From contig JAUHWN010000002.1 in assembly GCA_030424665.1 (NCBI GenBank), forward strand, positions 7,731-71,730: a DNA stretch of 64,000 nucleotides. Direction: 5' to 3'. This document shows positions 55,239 to 64,000 of this stretch, in pieces. Source of the DNA: Bdellovibrionia bacterium (GTDB lineage Bacteria; Bdellovibrionota; Bdellovibrionia; Bdellovibrionales; JAGQZY01). The notes beneath the pieces are model-generated. The model searched no databases. It was given only the letters and a program-made list of their open reading frames with translations, and had not been told where the DNA came from. Each line of letters begins with the position of its first letter. Positions within the stretch are counted from its first letter, which is position 1. The position numbers were made by a program, and so were the translations under genes.

Positions 55239-56866
55239 TTGAGCTTTTGCCCAATCCAAGTTTCAATTAAGTTTTCTAACTGTCCGATCATATCCCGAAA
55301 ACTATAGCTTAAGCGCCATAGAACTAGATTTTCGCCTTCTGACTTTTCGCTCCCTCGAAAACGTTCATGCCAATCAGTACGTAGGTCTTCGGTTAGTTTA
55401 ACTAACTCTTGAAAGGTGATTTTATACTCTCTGAGGTCGACTTCAATTTTTTCGGTCATGCTGGTGAAGATAGATTCGTAGGTCTGAAGAATTCTTTCTA
55501 AAGTCTGACTAACTTCTCCGTACCATGCAGAATCAAAATGCAGATCTTGTTCACAGATAATTTTTTTCGAACGACAGAGGTTTCTACAGGAATCGGCCAA
55601 CCCTTCTAGCATACCGGCAATGCGCATATTTTTGCTCAAGGAAACACTTTGTGAAGAATGAAGGCTTTGCTCTAAAACTCCTTGAGAAAAGCTAGTAATT
55701 TCACGCTTCACATTATCAGTGATCTTTTCATATTTCTCTACTTTGTCAAAAAGGTCCTTATGGAAATTAGGAGAGACCAAACACTCTTGGGAGAGTTCAA
55801 TCAACCGATGAATCATGGCCGCCATTTTTATAACCTCTTGATTAACCAATTCTGTGGCGAGAGAGGGCGGGAGATCACTTGGATTGCCAAAATCTTCTAA
55901 CTTTTGAACCTGCTTCTTTTTTAAGTCAGGAATGATTTTATCAAAAATATTTTCAAAAATAGGTCTCAACAAGAGAAGAACTATACTCGGAATAAGATAG
56001 GCCAGGGTCTCAACAAAAGCGACGTAAAAAATTGCTTGGGTCGATATTGAAACCTGTTCGTAAAAATAATAGCTAACGTACCTATAAAGACTGTGACTGA
56101 TCCCTGTGAAATAAAGAACCGAGAAAAAACTGAAACCAAAAACCAGAATAATGAAATTAAAGAGAAAGATTCTCTTTGTAATCCTTCGCCCTTGCCTCAA
56201 CTTAAAAAATTGGGGAATCATAGGTCCAAGGTGTGAGGCAAAAAGAGCTAAAATAATAGCCAGTTCGCTAACGACCCCAGAAGACAGTGCCGTGAGTGTA
56301 AAAACTATGCCGACTTGCTCTGATTTTGAAAAACCTGAAAGTATGAGGGCGATAAAAACCACGAGAGGTAAAAAGTAAAGCTCGTTAAAGAATTCTGCAA
56401 AAATCCCAGGCTCTAAAAGGTAGTACAAGACGATTAACACGAAACCAAAATGAAAAAAGCTAAGAAAGAGGGCTTTAAAGCGGCGACCACTCATAGAAAT
56501 TAGGCCTACTAAACCCAATGTGCAAAAAATAAGGCCCATGGAAATTCCGTAGAGTTGATAGAGCCAAAGAATGAGTACTCCACCGAGAGTGGCACCGAGT
56601 AAAAGACTCATGGCTTGTCTTGCTGAAACCACACCGGAATTAATAAAACCAAAAATCATAAGTTTGGTCTGGCTTCGCGAAAAAGCACACAAACTCATGG
56701 CCATTCCCACAAAGAGAGAGCCCAGAGCACTATCTGAAATATGCTGTACGAGCCATCGAACAAACGAAGAAAGACTCTGTTGAAAGTGAGAGGTTAGAAG
56801 GGTGCGATTAAGCCAAAAAGTCCCTAGTAAAACGATTGGTATGAGCGAGTTGTAGTAATAATCCAA
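55232..56866 (-). CDS. polytopic membrane protein with a PhoU-like C-terminal helical domain (Na/Pi cotransporter YjbB-like architecture)
   Basis: About 8 TM segments in the first ~300 aa, then a ~230-aa helical cytoplasmic domain. At 544 aa, size and layout fit the NptA/YjbB family. The canonical NIGTT motif was not seen. Confidence 0.45.
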   Translation of the reverse strand: MDYYYNSLIPIVLLGTFWLNRTLLTSHFQQSLSSFVRWLVQHISDSALGSLFVGMAMSLCAFSRSQTKLMIFGFINSGVVSARQAMSLLLGATLGGVLILWLYQLYGISMGLIFCTLGLVGLISMSGRRFKALFLSFFHFGFVLIVLYYLLEPGIFAEFFNELYFLPLVVFIALILSGFSKSEQVGIVFTLTALSSGVVSELAIILALFASHLGPMIPQFFKLRQGRRITKRIFLFNFIILVFGFSFFSVLYFTGISHSLYRYVSYYFYEQVSISTQAIFYVAFVETLAYLIPSIVLLLLRPIFENIFDKIIPDLKKKQVQKLEDFGNPSDLPPSLATELVNQEVIKMAAMIHRLIELSQECLVSPNFHKDLFDKVEKYEKITDNVKREITSFSQGVLEQSLHSSQSVSLSKNMRIAGMLEGLADSCRNLCRSKKIICEQDLHFDSAWYGEVSQTLERILQTYESIFTSMTEKIEVDLREYKITFQELVKLTEDLRTDWHERFRGSEKSEGENLVLWRLSYSFRDMIGQLENLIETWIGQKLNY

Positions 56867-56874
56867 AGTAAACT

Positions 56875-57627
56875 CTAGTTCCTCAAATACATCTCTATCT
56901 TGTGTGATTTTCCTTTAAAAATGTGCTGAGGTCCATCATTAATTTGCGGAGCATGAAGGGGTCTTTTATATAAAACTCTATTTTTACACACATCCAATGC
57001 TACAGAGAAGAGTTCGTCTTTATCAAGATCCCCGCCCACCAAATTTTTTAGAATTTGCATTTCTTTTCCCGGAAGGGCTGATTTCTTCTTTTCTACAAAC
57101 ATCGGGTCCAAATAAATGATTTCTGGGGCTTCAAAGCCCTCAAAAACTCCCTGATTTTTCCAAATCCTACAGGCTTCTTTGGCATCCGCAAAGAAGTAAT
57201 TGATTTTAGCACTGAAAGGAAAACCCTTCTCGGGCCCTCTTTGCAAGGCGATCGAGTTAAAGACAAAGAGAATGGGAGAGCGCTCAAAGGCGAGAACATT
57301 AAATCCCTTTGCGGCCATTGCCAAACTGTCAGCACCTAGACCAAAGGTGAAATCCCCAATTCGACTTTCACTTTCCAATTTGGAAATGGCTTTAATAAGT
57401 GGCTCTGTTTTATTGAGAGTTTTCAGACGATGACTAAAGCCCTTAGAGAAAAGTGGATGGCTGAGGCTTAAATTTAAACTCTTATCTATGAGTTCGAGTT
57501 GGTTTTCGGATGTTTTAATCACAAAATTGGCTTCAGCTTCTGTGTCTACAAGGAAATCTCTAATGATTGTATTATTAATGAGGGTCTCATCATAGGGAAC
57601 GTCCCCCACTATAAAAAAACGATTCAT
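56875..57627 (-). CDS. rsmJ: 16S rRNA (guanine1516-N2)-methyltransferase RsmJ-like class I SAM methyltransferase
   Basis: DFTFGLGADSLAMAAKGFNVLAFERSP (compare RsmJ DATAGLGRDAFVLA..G..V...ER.P) and IIYLDPMF (RsmJ VVYLDPMFP). The 250-aa size fits. Confidence 0.7.
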   Translation of the reverse strand: MNRFFIVGDVPYDETLINNTIIRDFLVDTEAEANFVIKTSENQLELIDKSLNLSLSHPLFSKGFSHRLKTLNKTEPLIKAISKLESESRIGDFTFGLGADSLAMAAKGFNVLAFERSPILFVFNSIALQRGPEKGFPFSAKINYFFADAKEACRIWKNQGVFEGFEAPEIIYLDPMFVEKKKSALPGKEMQILKNLVGGDLDKDELFSVALDVCKNRVLYKRPLHAPQINDGPQHIFKGKSHKIEMYLRN

Positions 57628-57646
57628 CCCGTGAGAATACCAAATA

Positions 57647-57677
57647 AATAAAAAAAACCCACCTCGTAAGGTGGGTT
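57647..57677 (-). terminator. rho-independent terminator (minus strand)
   Basis: An 8-bp stem AACCCACC/GGTGGGTT with a 6-nt loop. On the minus strand a T-rich run follows (TTTTTTTTATTTATTT). It lies 41 nt downstream of the stop at 57718. Confidence 0.85.
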
Positions 57678-57717
57678 TTCTTCGAAATACATTTAAGGAG
57701 AATAGCTAGGGCTCGAC

Positions 57718-59499
57718 TTAGAGGCTTCCTGATCTTTCAGCCGTTTCTGCTTCGACAGCCTCAAGACCTCTTTCAACATCCTCAAATAAGCCATCTTCTT
57801 CACCACCGACACCATTAGCATTCTCTTCAACTGAAAAGTTGAAGTCACTAACATCGGCAGTCACACCAACTTGAGCGATCTGGTGAATTGCATCATCGAC
57901 ACCGGCTTGCCTAGCATCAAAATCAGACATGCGCTCAGCAATGACGTCATCGTTCCGAGCTAATTCAGTAAGACGTCTTTGGTGGCTAGCGATTTGCTCT
58001 TCCACTCTCTCAATGGCATCAGATCTGTCAAATACCATGGTACGAACTCGCATGTTCGTTTCGTGGTTAAACTGCGCCACATCTTCAGTCATTCTATGGG
58101 CGAGACCGGACATATGATCAGAAGTCTCTGCCAATTCGCGAGCGATACTTCCACCAAGGGCTCTTGCCGTACTTGCAGCAACTTGAAATTCAATGGCTTC
58201 AAGATCCTCTTGAGCTGCCATAGAAAGAGATACATACATTTCGTAATCTTGTTTCATACCTTCTCTGCGCAATTTCTCTTGTTGAATATGGAGTCTTCGG
58301 CTCTGGAGTCTACGGTTGAGGAGCTCAAGAGCTTGCCCATATTGACCTGCAACTTCAAGAAGTCTTGGGTCTTGCTCGCCCTGGGGCTGAGCTGCTAATG
58401 CCGCATCAACTTTAGTTTTGGCTTCATTAACTTGGTGAATAGCAAATCGAATGGCATTTACATCGTCATTGAGTTGATGCTCAAGAATAATACTTCTTCG
58501 ATATTCTTCCTTTGATCGATCCGCAGCCTCGTCAACCTTATCAATCATTTCACCAATTTTTACTGTAATATTTTTTACGAAATCGAGAAGTGAACCGCGC
58601 TTAACTTTTAATTTATTAAAGATCTCTTCTTTAACTTCTTCAGAAGTATTTGGATCGTTGTACATAGCTTCAGCTTCGTCATCAGTCAACTCTACTTCTT
58701 GTGTACGTCTAAACATTCCTGTACCGGGGATCGTGACTCTGATTTTGCTGGCAGAATCCATGATATTTGATAGAGCATCTTGGCCACCTTGTATAAGGGA
58801 TGAAAGACCATTTCTAGCTGCCTGAACACGAGTTGGATTTAACTGAGCATTAATTGCTTCTTGCATTGCTTCTTGATTAGAAGTGTCGATATCGTTTTCT
58901 AGGACAATACTGATTTCAGCAAAGGCTCGCTTAATTGCCTTGGCATTAGCTAAATCGGCCTCTCGTGCTTCATTCAAAGTTCCTGAATTAAAACTATGGG
59001 CCTGAGAATTTCTTAAAGTATCTTTACCAATCTTAGCAATTGTACTGAGATCAGCGACATTGAAACCCTCTAGTTTTTTTCTTAAATCAGCAATTTCTTG
59101 CTCACGAGATCTTCTTAATTCCTGATCAATTTGTAAGAAAAGAGAAGAGCTATAACGTGCTTCCATACCAGCAGCGAGCTCTGAAGTATCTGTGTCATCG
59201 CCAAAATTAATATTTGTTTCCCACATTCCACCGTCTTCACCGGCTAAGCCCGCCATAAGGTCATCATTACCACTAGCATCTGCGATCAAAGCATCGAGAG
59301 CTGAACCAGGTGCAGTCGGTGCTTCTGCCGCCGGTGCTTCTGCAGTCATTTCTGCAATTACAGAATTTCTAATACCAGAAACACTTTCTTCACAAGAAAG
59401 GGTATCTGCGTGGGCAGCATGACTTGCTACCATACTGATACTTGCAACTGCGATTTTTAGAGCAAGCAAGCCTCGTAAATTTCGTCGAGTAAGTTTCAT
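57718..59499 (-). CDS. secreted coiled-coil protein (593 aa), function unknown
   Basis: Signal peptide MKLTRRNLRGLLALKIAVASISMVASHAAHA, the Ala/Pro/Glu linker AEAPAAEAPTAPGS, then long Glu/Arg/Gln/Ala-rich heptad-like sequence and an acidic C-terminus. RBS AGGAG lies upstream. Confidence 0.6.
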   Translation of the reverse strand: MKLTRRNLRGLLALKIAVASISMVASHAAHADTLSCEESVSGIRNSVIAEMTAEAPAAEAPTAPGSALDALIADASGNDDLMAGLAGEDGGMWETNINFGDDTDTSELAAGMEARYSSSLFLQIDQELRRSREQEIADLRKKLEGFNVADLSTIAKIGKDTLRNSQAHSFNSGTLNEAREADLANAKAIKRAFAEISIVLENDIDTSNQEAMQEAINAQLNPTRVQAARNGLSSLIQGGQDALSNIMDSASKIRVTIPGTGMFRRTQEVELTDDEAEAMYNDPNTSEEVKEEIFNKLKVKRGSLLDFVKNITVKIGEMIDKVDEAADRSKEEYRRSIILEHQLNDDVNAIRFAIHQVNEAKTKVDAALAAQPQGEQDPRLLEVAGQYGQALELLNRRLQSRRLHIQQEKLRREGMKQDYEMYVSLSMAAQEDLEAIEFQVAASTARALGGSIARELAETSDHMSGLAHRMTEDVAQFNHETNMRVRTMVFDRSDAIERVEEQIASHQRRLTELARNDDVIAERMSDFDARQAGVDDAIHQIAQVGVTADVSDFNFSVEENANGVGGEEDGLFEDVERGLEAVEAETAERSGSL

Positions 59500-59759
59500 T
59501 TTTTAATCTCCTTAATAGAGGTCACGAAATATTCGTAGATCTCTTTTTATTTTCGAATGTGTCTAGTATTTACACAGAACATGCCATTCAAAAGAGCCCT
59601 CAAATTAAAGAAACTTCATTTGATGACGATTTTTGGTTCCAATTTGCAACCAAAACCATAGTGCAATCCGCTATTTGCGCAGTTCTGCGCCAATCAATGT
59701 CACTCCTTTCATAAAATTTACAGCCATCTTCGAGATATTAGATTTCGTTTTTTTAGTAG

Positions 59760-59775
59760 CGGCACAAGGGCTGCA
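59760..59775 (+). promoter_or_regulatory. candidate sigma-54 (-24/-12) promoter
   Basis: CGGCACAAGGGCTGCA versus the consensus TGGCACG-N4-TTGCA. The GG and GC dinucleotides have exact consensus spacing. The element ends 45 nt upstream of the ATG at 59821. Confidence 0.4.
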
Positions 59776-59820
59776 ATTGAAGCGAGGATTCAGGATTAAG
59801 AATGAATATTAGGATATGAA

Positions 59821-62800
59821 ATGATTGCGAACTTTCTATTTAATAAACAGATTAGGATCTTTGATGTGAAACTCCTCGCTCGGAGATTTGTCTATATATA
59901 TGTCATAGCGATGCTCAGTTTTTCGCAAACTGCAATAGCCCAAGAAGACGGTGATAGTCTTTCTGACCTACTCGGTAACTTAGGGATCAATACCGAAACC
60001 TTTGGTGGCGATTCAGCTGCTGAGCCGGCGCCTTCGGATGATGAAGCTGAAACTGAGCCCGTCGAAATAGAGGCCACCCCAGAAACAAGTGAGGAAGAAC
60101 CTGCTCCGAGTCCTTCGGTATCAACTCAGGCTGGTCCTCAAGAGACCGAACTGATCACAGAACTTTCTCCAGAAGTTGAGGCTATCGAAGCTCCCGTGAT
60201 TCCACCGGCAGCTCAACAAGTTGTTCGCCAACAAGGAACGAGTACGGTTAATGGAATCACTCTTCCCCAACGCGCTCCAGAGTTTAGAGATTTTTCTTCG
60301 GCACCCTGGAGAATCGCTAATCTACCAATTCTTATTAAAATCGAGAAGGTCAATCAACAATTAGAAACAGCCCGCGCCAATGGCCAAGCCAGCGAGCAAG
60401 TGGAAGAACAGGGAAAAAGAACCCTTGATAAGCTAAAAGAGCAACTCAAGGGTGTTCTTATCGAAACATTTTTTGATGATCTCACTGAACAGGTCTACTT
60501 TGAGCAATTCACTGATCGTCCATTATATCGTGATGAGTATATTGGTTCTGTCGCTACGACTCTCAGTTCAAGACAAAACCCTTACTTCCTCGTTCATGGT
60601 GACGCTGGACAGGGAAAGACTTTAATCCCCTACGAAATTGCAAACCGAATTATAGAAGGAAATATTCCGTCTCGTCTTAGAGGAAGACGGGTTATTAGGC
60701 TCGATCTCGAAGAGTTATCTCGTGACAATCACAAATTGCCTAAACACCTGCAAAAGGGTGATGTAAATAACAGACTTATAGCTCTAACAGATGAACTCGA
60801 AGAATACCAAAACGACGTAATCATTGCTGTGGATATTAGTAACCCAGCTCTACAGAGAACCCATCTTGATAAGGTTCTCACACAAATATCTAAAAATAGA
60901 AATATACCTATTCTTTTGATAGGACAAGAAACTGACAATATTTTCGTCAAAGACGGAGTTCAACTGACTCTTGAAAGTCGCGAACAACCCCACCTCAGTA
61001 AAGATGAAGTCGTCGATATAATATTTAGACGAGTGGCCCCACTTGAGGAGGAGTATGGAATTAGTGTCAACAGAGAGGCCATTCGCGATCTTGTTAATGT
61101 CATGGAATTGAGAATTGGGGCTGAAAACTTTCCCGGTCAAGCGATCGAGATTGTTGAAAGAGCTATTCACCGTCGCTACGAAAACAGAATTAGCGGTAAA
61201 TCGGAACGCGTTCAATTCTTAGAAAGAGAAATCGCAAAGCTTCACCTAGAACTCGCTGGGCTCGACAACGAACAAGGCCCACTCGCCGATCGTGAGAGAG
61301 ATAAAATCGACGCAAAAATCTCACAAATTCGCGAAGAAATGGCCGCCGTCGAAAAATGGCTCGAAGGCTATGAAGAAGCCTTTGATTTCTTACAGCAAAA
61401 TGACGACTATATTTCAAATGCACAAAACGCTCGATCTCAGGCCCTACGAACTCGAACCCAATTAGAAATTCGCTTGGCACCTTACTGGACGCAACTGCGA
61501 TTGGGTCTCCACATGAGAATTTCTCAATTTAACGATGCAAAAGGCCTTGAATTTATTGAAAAGCTTTTTGAAAAGTCCTACGAATTAGGCATGGGTGATT
61601 CGGGGTCTCAACCTATCGAAAATGCCGAAACTAATGTTACATTACTCATGCAAGAATATCTATCAAATGAGACCTATCCCGCTGATGTTCTCGATACTAT
61701 TTATCAGCAGATTATGGGAATGCTCAATGCGATTTTTACTGAAGCCTTCAAGGGCGGATACAATGTTTCCTACCTCGGTTTGACACAAACTATTCAAGAG
61801 GCTGACTCTAAAATTGCCGAGGCTCGTGGACATTCACAAGATGTCTTCGGCCAACTTCAAGAGGCTCTAGGGGAGAACTGGCCCGAGGACATGGGTCCTA
61901 CTCTTGGGCGACAGGAGTTGATTGAAACACTAGCTCGCGCGACCAATAAAAGCTACGAGAGTCTTATTTCAGTTTTCGAAACTCCAGAAGATCGACTCAG
62001 AAGAATTGAAGAGGCCATTAGCGAAAGGTATGTTGGTCAGCCCCACTTTGTTTCGGCAATCATGGAAATGGAGAGAAATGGTAGGATGTCAGATAAAGGC
62101 CCCGTCTATTCAGCCTTTTTCCTCGGTGGCTCAACTAAGGGTAAGTCAGAACTTCCTAAAATCATTGGTAATACCCTAGATCCCGACTGTTTCTTTGACT
62201 TTCCCATTGGTCAAGCTACCTCCGAAGCCGATATCAATACTTACTTAGGTTCCCCCGATGGTTACACTGGTGGAGAGGGTGAACTCTATGAAGCTCTAGA
62301 GAAGTGCAGTGAAGGTGTGATTAACTTCGACGAGATCGATAAAGTTGATCCAGCGATACTTCAATCATTCTTTTACCCGCTTTTAAGAGAAGGAATTACG
62401 CGAAACAAAAGAGGAAAAAGACTCGACTTTAGAAACTTCAGAATTTTTATGTCGGCCAATTCACTCGAGCAACTCCTACAAATGTTTCCAGATCTCGCAG
62501 AAAGTGCTACGGCAATGTTTAACAGTGACTCGGATCCAGATAGCCTTGAAGGTCGAGAACGATACCGCGCTCTTATGTTTAGAGCCCTTCACTCTGAAAA
62601 TAGTCAGGAACAAACTGATTCATTAAGGCAAATGTTAGAAGAACTCGACAGTGGACAATACGCCCAGGCCTTTTTACGTCGTCTTAACTATATAGGATAT
62701 GCTAACAACTTTAACGATCAGGACTACAAAGACTTAGTACGTGCTATTTTTGTTCACGATCTTGGGAAAGCCTTGCGTGAATATCTAAGAGTTGACGTTC

Positions 62801-63120
62801 GACTATCTGATTCAGCGATTGAACATCTTGCAAAATTAAGTATCAACCGCACTAGAGATGCCGCCAATGTCGCTTCAGTATTAAGAAATTCTGTAGTTGG
62901 ACCCATCAGGAATCTACTTTCTCAAGGAAGTATTACGAGAAATGACATTATTGATTTCGACTTCGAGAATGGTGAATTCAAGCTCTTTAAATTAGATAAA
63001 GATTTAAATCGTATCGAAAGTGAATCTTTTGGGTCACTTGAAGCGAGAATTCCTCGTTATGAAAGTGCTGCATACGTGCCCATGACTTGTGAAGACATCA
63101 TTGGAGCACTTGCTCAATAA
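59821..63120 (+). CDS. ClpB/Hsp100-like double-AAA+ ATPase with N-terminal signal peptide/anchor and acidic linker
   Basis: D1: FLVHGDAGQGKTLIPYEIANRIIEGNIPSRLRGRRVIRLDLEEL closely parallels ClpB D1, and the Walker B reads IIAVDISN. A middle coiled coil follows (LEREIAKLHLELAGLDNE...). D2: FFLGGSTKGKSELPK, VINFDEIDKVDP, and FRIFMSANS. The N-terminus is KLLARRFVYIYVIAMLSFSQTAIAQED, followed by a ~100-aa Pro/Glu/Ala-rich segment. Confidence 0.8.
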   Translation: MIANFLFNKQIRIFDVKLLARRFVYIYVIAMLSFSQTAIAQEDGDSLSDLLGNLGINTETFGGDSAAEPAPSDDEAETEPVEIEATPETSEEEPAPSPSVSTQAGPQETELITELSPEVEAIEAPVIPPAAQQVVRQQGTSTVNGITLPQRAPEFRDFSSAPWRIANLPILIKIEKVNQQLETARANGQASEQVEEQGKRTLDKLKEQLKGVLIETFFDDLTEQVYFEQFTDRPLYRDEYIGSVATTLSSRQNPYFLVHGDAGQGKTLIPYEIANRIIEGNIPSRLRGRRVIRLDLEELSRDNHKLPKHLQKGDVNNRLIALTDELEEYQNDVIIAVDISNPALQRTHLDKVLTQISKNRNIPILLIGQETDNIFVKDGVQLTLESREQPHLSKDEVVDIIFRRVAPLEEEYGISVNREAIRDLVNVMELRIGAENFPGQAIEIVERAIHRRYENRISGKSERVQFLEREIAKLHLELAGLDNEQGPLADRERDKIDAKISQIREEMAAVEKWLEGYEEAFDFLQQNDDYISNAQNARSQALRTRTQLEIRLAPYWTQLRLGLHMRISQFNDAKGLEFIEKLFEKSYELGMGDSGSQPIENAETNVTLLMQEYLSNETYPADVLDTIYQQIMGMLNAIFTEAFKGGYNVSYLGLTQTIQEADSKIAEARGHSQDVFGQLQEALGENWPEDMGPTLGRQELIETLARATNKSYESLISVFETPEDRLRRIEEAISERYVGQPHFVSAIMEMERNGRMSDKGPVYSAFFLGGSTKGKSELPKIIGNTLDPDCFFDFPIGQATSEADINTYLGSPDGYTGGEGELYEALEKCSEGVINFDEIDKVDPAILQSFFYPLLREGITRNKRGKRLDFRNFRIFMSANSLEQLLQMFPDLAESATAMFNSDSDPDSLEGRERYRALMFRALHSENSQEQTDSLRQMLEELDSGQYAQAFLRRLNYIGYANNFNDQDYKDLVRAIFVHDLGKALREYLRVDVRLSDSAIEHLAKLSINRTRDAANVASVLRNSVVGPIRNLLSQGSITRNDIIDFDFENGEFKLFKLDKDLNRIESESFGSLEARIPRYESAAYVPMTCEDIIGALAQ

Positions 63121-63131
63121 GGTATGAATTT

Positions 63132-64000
63132 GTGAAACAAAGTATATTGTTACCATTTATTTTTACTATGTGCATCTCACCCCTGGTGTTTGCGGAAGAC
63201 GCAAGCTTGAGGGGACTTTTAGTGGGTCGTTGTGAGGCTGGCCTAGATCCTGCTCATCAGATGGCAGCCAAAATATTGCGAGACATGAGCCCCTTTGTTT
63301 CAAGCTTCAGAGTTGAGTCCTTAGAATTCCAAAGAGATAGTAGTCGAGATATCATCAGTGTCTACACCTTGACGAATGGTGGAATGACTCGCAGAGCCTT
63401 AGATCTCGACCTAGAAGGAATTCGTAAACTATCAATGAGCATCAAAGATGCCAAAGACAAAGCGATGGAGGCTATCGGGGAACTGTCTTTAGAACGACAA
63501 TTTCGCAGAATGACCGAAGGGGAATCGACTCGCGATCAAATTCGTGCACGATGGAACCGAATTCGCGGAGCCGAAGGGGAAAAGGCTCCGATGATGGAAA
63601 TCCACGCTCAACTGGTTACCCTCGGCGAAGCCATTAAAAGAATCAACGAGGACCTATCAAAATCTTACACATTAATAGATTCGTCCATGCGCATACTCAC
63701 CGAAACCATGAGTGATGTCGATAGACAAATAGCTAAAATCGACCAAGGTTTAAGAATATACAATATTATATTCTTGCAAGTTGGTCGAATGATCCTAAGA
63801 GAAGTACCCGATTTGAATATCGACCGGAAAAAATTGAGAGATCTAAGACCAAAAGATGGTGTTAACTACATCTTAGAAGTACTTCAATCCTACGAAGATT
63901 CACCTTGGAGTAAGCAAAGAATCGGTAGACTCAAGGAGATCATCGAATGGTATCAAAGGGGGTATTCCTCGACACTCAACCTAAAAGCGGGCCATCTAGA
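63132..64000 (+). CDS. secreted coiled-coil-like protein, partial (runs off the window)
   Basis: Not in the supplied ORF track. I translated the frame from the GTG at 63132 to 64000 by hand and found no stop codon. The N-terminus VKQSILLPFIFTMCISPLVFAED is signal-peptide-like. Charged helical sequence follows (EAIGELSLERQFRRMTEGE...DRQIAKIDQGLRIY). It begins 11 nt after the AAA+ stop. Confidence 0.5.
   Translation, partial: MKQSILLPFIFTMCISPLVFAEDASLRGLLVGRCEAGLDPAHQMAAKILRDMSPFVSSFRVESLEFQRDSSRDIISVYTLTNGGMTRRALDLDLEGIRKLSMSIKDAKDKAMEAIGELSLERQFRRMTEGESTRDQIRARWNRIRGAEGEKAPMMEIHAQLVTLGEAIKRINEDLSKSYTLIDSSMRILTETMSDVDRQIAKIDQGLRIYNIIFLQVGRMILREVPDLNIDRKKLRDLRPKDGVNYILEVLQSYEDSPWSKQRIGRLKEIIEWYQRGYSSTLNLKAGHL

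Noticed and set aside
1-64000. A window-wide search for tRNA/rRNA genes, CRISPR arrays, and transposase, integrase or phage genes.
   Set aside because: No T-loop GTTCGAATC or GTTCAAATC motif occurs in any intergenic region. The ggttcgaat string at 2862-2870 lies inside the GT-C gene. No regularly spaced direct repeats were seen, and no ORF has DDE, tyrosine recombinase or serine recombinase motifs.

Overview
This is an AT-rich chromosomal window (judged by eye, not computed) from a Gram-negative bacterium. It holds about 50 tightly packed protein-coding genes on both strands. I found no rRNA, tRNA, CRISPR array, transposase or integrase. The gene content resembles Bdellovibrio-and-like predatory bacteria: many signal-peptide hydrolases, PilT, SLT and SpoIID peptidoglycan enzymes, nucleoside catabolism, and basic-tailed RecA and helicase. 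Taxonomy cannot be verified from the sequence alone.

Confidently recognised housekeeping genes:
- DNA and RNA: recA, recX-alaS, mutY, DEAD-box helicase, pcnB, rsmJ.
- Metabolism: aldehyde dehydrogenase-deoC, add, agmatinase, transketolase-like protein, citrate synthase, ddl, elbB.
- Envelope and transport: cinA-C, pgpA, pilT, tatA, an RCK K+ channel, a PiT phosphate transporter, lemA plus an M48 peptidase, and a ThiBPQ-like ABC transporter.

Most noteworthy observations:
1. The right end (57.7-64 kb) holds a divergent cluster. A ClpB-like double-AAA+ ATPase carries an apparent Sec signal or anchor and an acidic linker. It is flanked by two signal-peptide coiled-coil proteins and preceded by a sigma-54-like promoter.
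2. A ~374-bp imperfect palindrome with ~165-bp arms fills the convergent gap between the PiT and helicase genes.
3. Two tandem paralogous lipoproteins are each built from two Cys-pair (DUF4189-like) modules.
4. A ~1120-aa membrane protein has a transglutaminase-like Cys-His-Asp core and converges on SpoIID.
5. A divergent ArnT-like glycosyltransferase and PAP2 phosphatase pair fits lipid A dephosphorylation and glycosylation.

All functional calls come from motif recognition by eye. No database search was run.
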